A stretch of DNA of 62,526 bases, from the IMG/VR virus record IMGVR_UViG_3300031972_001459, positions 1 through 62,526 of that record; one strand, written 5' to 3'. The stretch is from a virus. Lineage: Duplodnaviria; Caudoviricetes. The translations under genes were made by a program, and so were the position numbers. Within the stretch, counting starts at the first letter, position 1; each line of letters begins with the position of its first letter. The notes under the pieces are model-generated. The model searched no databases and was not told where the DNA came from. It worked only from the letters and a program-made list of their open reading frames with translations. Positions 8,249-15,367 of this stretch are shown one piece after another.

Positions 8249-8611
8249 ATGATCATCAACGGCTACGAAATCAAACCAGGTGCTGATCTTGAAGGCGCTA
8301 ACCTTAAGGATGCTGTCCTTGAGGGTGCTAACCTTGAGTGGGTCGACCTTCGGGGTGCTAAACTTGAAGGTGCTAACCTTAAGGACGCTGACCTTAGTGG
8401 CGCTGACCTTAGTGGTGCTGACCTTAGTGGTGCTGACCTTAAAGGTACTGACCTTACGGGTGCTTACCTTGAGTGTGCTGACTTAAGGGGTGCTAACCTT
8501 AGTGGTGCTAAACTTGAGGGTGCTGACCTTTGGCATGCCAAACTTGAGCGTGCTGACCTTGTGGGTGCTGACCTTACGGGTGCTAACGTAAAAGGAACTA
8601 TTCTTGCATGA
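8249..8611 (+). CDS. Pentapeptide repeat protein
   Basis: A(D/N)LxG repeats along the whole length; follows repeat copy 11. Confidence 0.95.
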   Translation: MIINGYEIKPGADLEGANLKDAVLEGANLEWVDLRGAKLEGANLKDADLSGADLSGADLSGADLKGTDLTGAYLECADLRGANLSGAKLEGADLWHAKLERADLVGADLTGANVKGTILA

Positions 8612-8727
8612 ATTCAACACAACAACTGCTACAGACCATTGACACTCTTAAGGCTCATGGTCACTACAAAGTAACAGTGACTGTGCTGCCCTCACAGATT
8701 AAGCGCAAACGCAAATCAGCGCTTTGA
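8608..8727 (+). CDS. Small basic hypothetical protein (39 aa, ends VLPSQIKRKRKSAL)
   Basis: ATGA overlap; translated manually. Confidence 0.5.
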   Translation: MNSTQQLLQTIDTLKAHGHYKVTVTVLPSQIKRKRKSAL

Positions 8728-8832
8728 TTCACATGCTCACTCTATTTTTATGTGTTACATATACGCACTAAAAAATAGAGTAAAGGCCTATCTCTCTAAA
8801 AACCTTTTGTATACTATTGTCTGCTGATGTGT

Positions 8833-9026
8833 CTCTCCTATGTGTTACTTACTGGTTGTGCTTAGTTGATACTGACTCTTGACCCCGTAGGAGAGTTCAG
8901 TTGTAATAACTAAAGCGCCGATAAGTGAACTCGTGGAACACATAACAGTATTATTTAGTATTAGCGCTAACTAACAGTCCGTAATGACTCTAAACTATCA
9001 CTAACTCACACACCACTAAGTAACAC
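8833..9026 (+). ncRNA. Candidate structured RNA / 5' leader
   Basis: GTGTTACTTA (8842) / TAAGTAACAC (9017) close a ~30-bp imperfect stem; several internal alternative helices; no ORF. Confidence 0.45.
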
Positions 9027-9033
9027 TTTTATT

Positions 9034-9183
9034 ATGACCAAATCTGTAATGATCTCACTGCTCCGTAAGGGTAACACTGGTTCACAGATTCTTGAAATTC
9101 TTGAGAGTATCTCCGAAGGCGCTAATGAACAACAAGTAGCACAAGTCGCTAATGAGCCAACACTTATGGAATTGGAGTTCTGA
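9034..9183 (+). CDS. Small cyanophage-type hypothetical protein (MTKSVMISLLRKGNTGSQILEIL, 49 aa)
   Basis: Translated manually; motif recalled from cyanomyophages. Confidence 0.7.
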   Translation: MTKSVMISLLRKGNTGSQILEILESISEGANEQQVAQVANEPTLMELEF

Positions 9184-9294
9184 TTACTAACTAAAGAAGT
9201 TCTCTAGAGGGCCATCATCAACTGGGCCCTAATGTCAACCCCCTTATAATACCTCACCTCCAAATGACCACTATAGTGTAACCCGCCAATCATT

Positions 9295-9561
9295 ATGACT
9301 CACCCACTAACTGATAAACTTTGTGATCAAATCGTATCCTCAACCCCTCCATTGCCTCGCGACCAACAGGACCGAATCCTCAGTTATGACGGCCGGATCC
9401 TCGATGGCATGTTTGAGGAATTTTTTGAAGAACAGAAGCATCAAATGCGTGCCGCTTATGACCTAGGCTGCGCTGAAGGTCGTGATGATATTTTGAGTAG
9501 AGTAACTGAATTGTTGATGAACTTTGTGAAGCAATGCGACCAAACTAACACCCCCTTATAA
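9295..9561 (+). CDS. Hypothetical protein (MTHPLTD...MRAAYD family)
   Basis: Follows repeat copy 12; related to ORFs 12..248 and 803..1006. Confidence 0.7.
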   Translation: MTHPLTDKLCDQIVSSTPPLPRDQQDRILSYDGRILDGMFEEFFEEQKHQMRAAYDLGCAEGRDDILSRVTELLMNFVKQCDQTNTPL

Positions 9562-9610
9562 TACCTCACCTCCAATTGTCCTCTCTAGTGTAACACCAAC
9601 CACACCACAC

Positions 9611-9841
9611 ATGTTATTCAAAAGAACACCGATTGCAGGGTCTTATAACACTATGACTGCTCTAGTATTTCATGAGTGTGATAATGACAGAAAGCTTAGT
9701 TATGACCGAGCTCGTAATGTTTCAATTGGATTTAACTTAGAGCGCTCTTTTGTTTTATCACATCAACCGCAAGAACGTGTTGATGCATGTGAACTATTAG
9801 AGTGGATTGATTGTCAAATACATAAGAAGATTTACGGTTGA
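9611..9841 (+). CDS. Hypothetical protein
   Basis: Follows repeat copy 13. Confidence 0.65.
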   Translation: MLFKRTPIAGSYNTMTALVFHECDNDRKLSYDRARNVSIGFNLERSFVLSHQPQERVDACELLEWIDCQIHKKIYG

Positions 9842-9895
9842 CAGAGTTACTCACCTCCAATTGTCTCCTATAGTGTAACCACACAATCAACTCTT

Positions 9896-10126
9896 ATGAA
9901 CAACACTTTCACTGATACATTCGATTGGTTGAATGAGGGTAATGTCACAGTATTTGACTACCTAAATGATATCAACATCACTCCACTAAGTATCACTGAA
10001 GAGGAAGGAAATAACTTCCCAGGATATAAGATAACCTTTCAATCTTTCGATGATATTATGACATTTTGTCGGGGTTATTATGGAGACCATAGTGATGAAG
10101 AAATCAAAGAGATTTATGGTTGGTAA
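9896..10126 (+). CDS. Hypothetical protein, paralog of 4083..4340
   Basis: Follows repeat copy 14. Confidence 0.7.
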   Translation: MNNTFTDTFDWLNEGNVTVFDYLNDINITPLSITEEEGNNFPGYKITFQSFDDIMTFCRGYYGDHSDEEIKEIYGW

Positions 10127-10158
10127 GTAACACATAGTCGTAGACAGAGTGTAACGAT

Positions 10159-10185
10159 AGGGGGACACATTGTCCCTCTTTTTTT
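10159..10185 (+). terminator. Intrinsic terminator closing the early cassette array
   Basis: AGGGGGACA-CAT-TGTCCCTCT hairpin plus T-run. Confidence 0.8.
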
Positions 10186-10196
10186 ATATCGAGGGG

Positions 10197-10225
10197 TTGA
10201 CATATTACAGTCCTTATGTTATAAT
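10197..10225 (+). promoter_or_regulatory. Consensus sigma70 promoter
   Basis: TTGACA-N17-TATAAT with extended -10 TG. Confidence 0.85.
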
Positions 10226-10377
10226 TAGTGAGGAACAGTTAATGTTACGAAACGACAGTATATTGGGGTTTTCGATGTTATCGCCGATGCGGCGTAGCGG
10301 TTGCCCTTAAAGAAAATGCGTGCTCGATAGGCTACAACGACACTCGATCGGCCTTGTTATATTTTGCGAATAAAAAA

Positions 10378-10770
10378 ATGTCAGCTGAAAAATTATATCC
10401 CACAGAGTTTCTTGGTTATTATGTCACTAAAACCGGCCGTGTATTTCGAGATGGTGTAAAAAAATCCGAGGAAAAATTTATGGAGATAAAACCATTTCTC
10501 CGAGGTGGTGCCGGAGTATCTAATAAGCAATATCCCTCTGTAAATATCTCGATAAAGAACTCCGAGGGTAAGACATTATATCAGAGGAAGGAGTATGTGC
10601 ATAGGATGGTCGCTGAGGCCCTGGTAGATAACCCTCACAGGTATACAGAGGTAGATCACATAGATAGAGACAAGCTCAATAATTGTGTAGACAATCTGAG
10701 GTGGTGTGATAGGAATACCAATCTCAGAGATAAACCTAGAGACATTAACGGGAGGTATTGTAAGGTATGA
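10378..10770 (+). CDS. HNH endonuclease (NUMOD4/HNH_3-like)
   Basis: VHRMVAEA..NP...EVDHIDRDKLNN.VDNLRW. Confidence 0.85.
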   Translation: MSAEKLYPTEFLGYYVTKTGRVFRDGVKKSEEKFMEIKPFLRGGAGVSNKQYPSVNISIKNSEGKTLYQRKEYVHRMVAEALVDNPHRYTEVDHIDRDKLNNCVDNLRWCDRNTNLRDKPRDINGRYCKV

Positions 10771-10961
10771 GTAGTTCAGAAGTTTATCACATTTATCTAA
10801 AGGATAGTTGTATACTTCCGTGTTTAACGAAGGAGAAATTTACAACTAGTTGGGAGTGTCTCAATTTGATGGTAGGGTTGATGAAGACAGATTACGTGGT
10901 GGAAGACCTGTCGTATGAAGTAGTAAGACCACTACAATCAAATGAGGAACAATCCTATTGA
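10767..10961 (+). CDS. Conserved cyanophage hypothetical protein
   Basis: YHIYLKD.C...MVGLMKTDY..DLSYE; ATGA overlap. Confidence 0.75.
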   Translation: MSSSEVYHIYLKDSCILPCLTKEKFTTSWECLNLMVGLMKTDYVVEDLSYEVVRPLQSNEEQSY

Positions 10962-10986
10962 CAAGTTCTAAATATCGAAGTATAAT
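10958..10986 (+). promoter_or_regulatory. Consensus sigma70 promoter
   Basis: TTGACA-N17-TATAAT upstream of 11016. Confidence 0.85.
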
Positions 10987-11015
10987 GAAAGTTGAAATGG
11001 AGTGATTTCTAACTC

Positions 11016-11798
11016 ATGGCTAAAGGATTTACAGTCAAGGCATCAACACCAAAGAAGAAAGAAGAAGGGCCTGCACCGTGGGACTATGATGCAATCAAAG
11101 AAAGAATGAGAGGAAAGGCAATTGTATTTTGTCTACCTGGAAGGGGATGTAGTTATGCATTCATGAAGAACTTTGTACAGTTATGTTTTGATCTTGTACA
11201 AAACCAGATGAGTATTCAGATTAGTCAGGATTACTCGTCTATGGTGAATTTCGCACGATGTAAGTGTCTCGGCGCCAATGTATTGAGAGGGCCTGACCAA
11301 ATTCCATGGGATGGTAAGTTACAGTATGATTATCAGTTATGGATTGACTCTGATATTATTTTTAATACTGAGAAGTTCTGGCAATTATGTGATGTGGCAT
11401 TAGATGCTGATGGAACGGAGCGTCCTATCAGCGCCGGGTGGTATTCGACTGAAGACGGTCGGACAACCTCTGTAGCACACTGGTTGGAAGAAGATGACTT
11501 CCGCAATAATGGTGGAGTAATGAATCATGAGATGGTAGATGGTATTAGTAAGCGTAAGAAGCCTTTTACTGTTGACTATACTGGTTTTGGATGGGTCATG
11601 ATTCAGAAGGGTGTCTTTGAGAATGAGGGTATGAAGTATCCATGGTTTGCTCCTAAGATGCAAGTCTTTGAAAGTGGTGCTGTTCAAGATATGTGTGGAG
11701 AGGATGTTTCGTTCTGTCTTGATGCAATTGAATCAGGATATGAGATTTGGTGTGATCCACGTATTCGTGTTGGTCATGAGAAAACCCGAGTTATCTAA
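11016..11798 (+). CDS. Glycosyltransferase-like (GT-A fold) protein
   Basis: LWIDSDI (DxD), TGFGWVMI, GEDVSFC, VGHEK motifs. Confidence 0.75.
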   Translation: MAKGFTVKASTPKKKEEGPAPWDYDAIKERMRGKAIVFCLPGRGCSYAFMKNFVQLCFDLVQNQMSIQISQDYSSMVNFARCKCLGANVLRGPDQIPWDGKLQYDYQLWIDSDIIFNTEKFWQLCDVALDADGTERPISAGWYSTEDGRTTSVAHWLEEDDFRNNGGVMNHEMVDGISKRKKPFTVDYTGFGWVMIQKGVFENEGMKYPWFAPKMQVFESGAVQDMCGEDVSFCLDAIESGYEIWCDPRIRVGHEKTRVI

Positions 11799-11804
11799 AC
11801 ACTA

Positions 11805-11960
11805 ATGGCAAATCAATTTAACGTTGATAGATCTGTAGAATTTGCTTCAAAGATGACACTTATCACTGAAACCAATAGTGATAAGTATTTGGAGCAATAT
11901 CGACAGAGTTTAAAGAACCGAGAACAATTAGAATCACTGTACAATCAAGAGAGTAATTAA
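11805..11960 (+). CDS. Small hypothetical protein (51 aa)
   Basis: Translated manually; fills the gap. Confidence 0.6.
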   Translation: MANQFNVDRSVEFASKMTLITETNSDKYLEQYRQSLKNREQLESLYNQESN

Positions 11961-11963
11961 ATT

Positions 11964-12113
11964 ATGGCAAAACTTAGAAAGTCCCTATTGGGACAAACAA
12001 TGATTGAATCTCAACCAAAGAAGACACGACAAGGTTGTGGTGCACATACCAAGTACGCTGCAAGTAGTCGTAATAACAAAAGGAAACGTTATCGTGGTCA
12101 AGGACGAGGATAG
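11964..12113 (+). CDS. Small basic cyanophage protein (PKKTRQG...RKRYRGQGR)
   Basis: Translated manually, 49 aa; motif recalled from cyanomyophages. Confidence 0.75.
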   Translation: MAKLRKSLLGQTMIESQPKKTRQGCGAHTKYAASSRNNKRKRYRGQGRG

Positions 12114-12693
12114 ATATAGCACAGAATATGAATGGGTATCAACTCATTCGTATGATCTGTGGGTCTATAATAAGTTACAAGTGAGTCGGGTATTAGGATA
12201 TGAGTGTGGACCAGCTGGTCTCGCCGTACCTAAACCCGATTTTTATATTGTTCGACCATGTATTAATTTCATGGGTATGAGTCGTCATGCTCGTATTGAA
12301 TATCTTGAAGGTGATACTGAACATCTACATCCAGCTGAGTTTTGGTGTGAAGTATTTGAAGGAGAACATATATCAGTTGATTATTATAAAGGACAACAAG
12401 AACTAACTGTAAAGGGTGTGAGAGACCCCCAGGACCCTCTATACAAGTGGAAGAAGTGGTATAAGGTAGATAGAGTAATACCATTACCCAAAGTGTTTGA
12501 GGAAGTTAGTCAGAGGTATGATTGGTTAAATTGTGAATATATTGATGGTAAGTTAATTGAGATACATTTAAGAGGTAATCCTAATTTTAATTATGGTGGC
12601 GACTCAATTACTCCAGTATGGGAAGGAGATGATGTGTCAGACTACATAGAACAAAGTAACTACAAGAGATTGGGGTTTATTATAGATGGATAA
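12094..12693 (+). CDS. ATP-grasp-like hypothetical protein (start uncertain)
   Basis: DLWVYNKL, YIVRP..N..GM, FWCEVFEGEHISVDY, N.EYIDGKLIEIH.R.NP; no nearby ATG. Confidence 0.6.
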   Translation: MVKDEDRYSTEYEWVSTHSYDLWVYNKLQVSRVLGYECGPAGLAVPKPDFYIVRPCINFMGMSRHARIEYLEGDTEHLHPAEFWCEVFEGEHISVDYYKGQQELTVKGVRDPQDPLYKWKKWYKVDRVIPLPKVFEEVSQRYDWLNCEYIDGKLIEIHLRGNPNFNYGGDSITPVWEGDDVSDYIEQSNYKRLGFIIDG

Positions 12694-12838
12694 GAATTTT
12701 CTAAGAGAGATTAATAACGATCAGAAGACACCAAAGAATACCAAGAAGGTACGTGAGGATGGATTCTATGAAGCATCTGAAGCTGATTGGAAAGACTTCT
12801 GGGAAAATGATGATAACAAGCAAACATTGATTGATTAA
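12686..12838 (+). CDS. Small hypothetical protein (50 aa)
   Basis: Translated manually (MDKNFLREIN...). Confidence 0.6.
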   Translation: MDKNFLREINNDQKTPKNTKKVREDGFYEASEADWKDFWENDDNKQTLID

Positions 12839-12889
12839 AACATTGGGTTTAGTGTAATAAATAACTCATAATTGTTGTAGAAAAATTAC

Positions 12890-13291
12890 GTGCCTGTCCA
12901 AAGAGTCAGTCAAGGTTTTAAAGATGTGAGTGCATCATTCAAAGTCAACCCGTTAAATCTTGATTTAATTACGTTGAGGAATGAGAATGCTATTGCACGA
13001 TCCATTCGTAACTTAATTTTTACCATACCTGGTGAGAAACCATTTCAACCTACTGTTGGTTGTAATGTCACTAAACTATTATTTGAGAATTTAGATAGAC
13101 TTACAGCTAGTTCAATTGAATCGGAAATTAGGAACACAGTTAATAACTTTGAACCGAGAGTCCGTTTGACAACTGTTATCGTCAATCCAAATTTCGATGA
13201 TAATATCTTTGAGGTAACTCTTAAGTATGACATTGTAGGTATAGATCTTCCTAGACAACAATTATCATTTGCATTACAGCCCACTAGGTAA
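12890..13291 (+). CDS. gp25: Baseplate wedge subunit
   Basis: AIARSIRNL..T.PGEKPF.P..G, FEPRV; synteny. Confidence 0.92.
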   Translation: MPVQRVSQGFKDVSASFKVNPLNLDLITLRNENAIARSIRNLIFTIPGEKPFQPTVGCNVTKLLFENLDRLTASSIESEIRNTVNNFEPRVRLTTVIVNPNFDDNIFEVTLKYDIVGIDLPRQQLSFALQPTR

Positions 13292-15349
13292 ATGCCCTTA
13301 GTCAATTTTAGCAACTTAGATTTTGATCAGATAAAGACATCCATTAAGGATTATCTCCGTGCGAATTCAAACTTCACGGACTATGACTTTGAGGGTTCTA
13401 ATCTATCAACTATTCTAGATACGTTAGCTTACAATACGTATATAACCTCATACAATGCCAATATGGTATCTAATGAGGTATTCATTGATAGTGCCACATT
13501 AAGAGAGAATGTGGTGTCTCTCGCACGTAACATAGGGTATGTTCCTCGTTCAAAGAAAGCTTCTGTTGCCAAAGTTTCTTTTACAGTAAACGTTTCAAAC
13601 ACCACAGCTGTAGCAGTGACACTTAAGGCTGGTGCTGTAATGGCATCTAGATCAGTTGGTGTGAATAGTACTAAGAACTTTATATTCTCAATTCCAAACG
13701 ATATTACAGTTCCAGTTAACTCTTCTGGGTTTGCAGACTTCTATAATATCGACGTATACGAAGGAACATATATTACACAAACATTTACTGTTGATAGTAG
13801 TAACGTTAATCAGAAATTTGTACTACCTAACTCTGGTATTGACACTGATCTATTATCTGTTGTCGTAAGAGATACCCAAGAATCAACTGTAACTAGAAAG
13901 TTCGAACTATTCAATAGTTTGTTTGATGTTACTTCATCGACTAGAGCATACTTTATTCAAGAGATTGGACAGGAGAGATACGAACTATTGTTTGGTGATG
14001 GAATATTTGGTGTCAAGTTAGATAATGATAATTTTGTTGAAGCAAGTTATATCATTACTAATGGAGAATCAGCAAACAATATTAACAAATTTGCATTTAT
14101 AGGTAACTTAAAGTCTAGTTCTGGAGATACGATTAGTTCTGGAGTATCTATTGTAACCACAGAGATATCTTCTGGTGGTGGTAAACCAATTGAATCTATT
14201 GACTCTGTTAAGAAGTATGCTCCTCAAATCTATGCATCACAGAATAGAGCAGTAACTGCTGCTGATTATGAAGCATTGATTCCACAAATCTACCCTGAAG
14301 CTGAATCAGTTTCTGCCTTTGGTGGTGAGGATTTGACTCCACCTTCATTTGGTAAGGTATTTGTAAGTATCAAACCATATAACGGTGTCTTCTTATCGAG
14401 TGCAATCAAACAAAACTTACAACAACAGATCAGGAAATACTCTGTTGCTGGTATTTTATCTGAGATTGTCGATCTAAAGTATTTGTATATTGAACCAAAC
14501 AGTAAGGTATACTACGATTCTAACCTTGCACCAACGGTATCATTCGTTCAAAACCTAGTTACAACCAATATCGTCAAGTATTCTGAATCATCTGATGTCA
14601 ATAAGTTTGGTGGAAGATTTAAATATTCACAATTCCAAAAAGTAATTGATCAAAGTCATGAGTCTGTGATGTCAAACATCACAAACATTGATATCAGAAG
14701 AGATATTAATGCCCAACTGAATACTTTTGTAGAGTATGAATTGTGTTATGGTAATCGGTTCTATGTAAAAAACCACGGACATAGTGCAAACTTCAATGGA
14801 AATCTCGTTGGGTATAATATTAAATCATCCGGTTTTACTGTCAGTGGTATTAGTGGAACTGTATACCTCGGTGATAGTTCGGTTGGTAATTTGAGTAAGG
14901 GTACAGTATTCCTATTCAAACTAAATTCTTCATCAGAACCATATATTGTAAGACAGAATGTAGGTACAATTGATTATGTTAAGGGTGAGATTAAACTTAA
15001 TCCCATTAATATTATATCAACACTAGTGAATAGAGGGACTCCTTTGGTCGAAGTTTCTGCAACTCCGTACTCAAATGACGTAATTGGTCTCCAGGATCTC
15101 TATCTACAATTGGATGTAAATAACACAGTAGTTAATGTTGTTACTGACAACATTTCTTCTGGAAATGACGTATCAGGAACCAACTATATTGTTTCTTCTA
15201 GTTACGGATCTAACGCTCTAGTTAGGGGTAACCCCATATTCCAAGTCGAAACAAACTCAGGACCAACAACATCTTCTTCCACAAATGTAACCACATCTGT
15301 TGAAGGTGTATCTACTACAAGTAGAAGAACCAGTTCATCATCTTACTAA
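13292..15349 (+). CDS. gp6: Baseplate wedge subunit
   Basis: LDFDQIK..F.DYDFEGSNLS, QNRAVTA.DY. Confidence 0.93.
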   Translation: MPLVNFSNLDFDQIKTSIKDYLRANSNFTDYDFEGSNLSTILDTLAYNTYITSYNANMVSNEVFIDSATLRENVVSLARNIGYVPRSKKASVAKVSFTVNVSNTTAVAVTLKAGAVMASRSVGVNSTKNFIFSIPNDITVPVNSSGFADFYNIDVYEGTYITQTFTVDSSNVNQKFVLPNSGIDTDLLSVVVRDTQESTVTRKFELFNSLFDVTSSTRAYFIQEIGQERYELLFGDGIFGVKLDNDNFVEASYIITNGESANNINKFAFIGNLKSSSGDTISSGVSIVTTEISSGGGKPIESIDSVKKYAPQIYASQNRAVTAADYEALIPQIYPEAESVSAFGGEDLTPPSFGKVFVSIKPYNGVFLSSAIKQNLQQQIRKYSVAGILSEIVDLKYLYIEPNSKVYYDSNLAPTVSFVQNLVTTNIVKYSESSDVNKFGGRFKYSQFQKVIDQSHESVMSNITNIDIRRDINAQLNTFVEYELCYGNRFYVKNHGHSANFNGNLVGYNIKSSGFTVSGISGTVYLGDSSVGNLSKGTVFLFKLNSSSEPYIVRQNVGTIDYVKGEIKLNPINIISTLVNRGTPLVEVSATPYSNDVIGLQDLYLQLDVNNTVVNVVTDNISSGNDVSGTNYIVSSSYGSNALVRGNPIFQVETNSGPTTSSSTNVTTSVEGVSTTSRRTSSSSY

Positions 15350-15367
15350 TAAGAAGTCAGAATACAA

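Larger units (their letters stand above)
1575..9880 (+). repeat. Dispersed 35-bp direct repeat GTTACTCACCTCCAAATGTCCCCTATAGTGTAACC, 14 copies, each heading a small gene; probable early promoter / cassette boundary
   Basis: Copies start at 1575, 2249, 2661, 3332, 3693, 4035, 4345 (degenerate), 4661, 5019, 5454, 8200, 9249, 9561 and 9846. ATG follows 11-15 nt after each. Contains GTTACT-N17-TATAGT. Confidence 0.95.

Noticed and set aside
8280-8486. Alternative-frame VLTL-repeat ORF
   Set aside because: Frame shadow of the pentapeptide repeat gene
1575-9880. CRISPR array (35-bp repeats starting GTT and ending AACC)
   Set aside because: Intervening segments are 250-2700 bp whole genes of variable length; no cas genes
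1575-9880. Classical integron attC sites
   Set aside because: Order is GTT...AAC rather than RYYYAAC...GTTRRRY, there is no long hairpin and no integrase in the window
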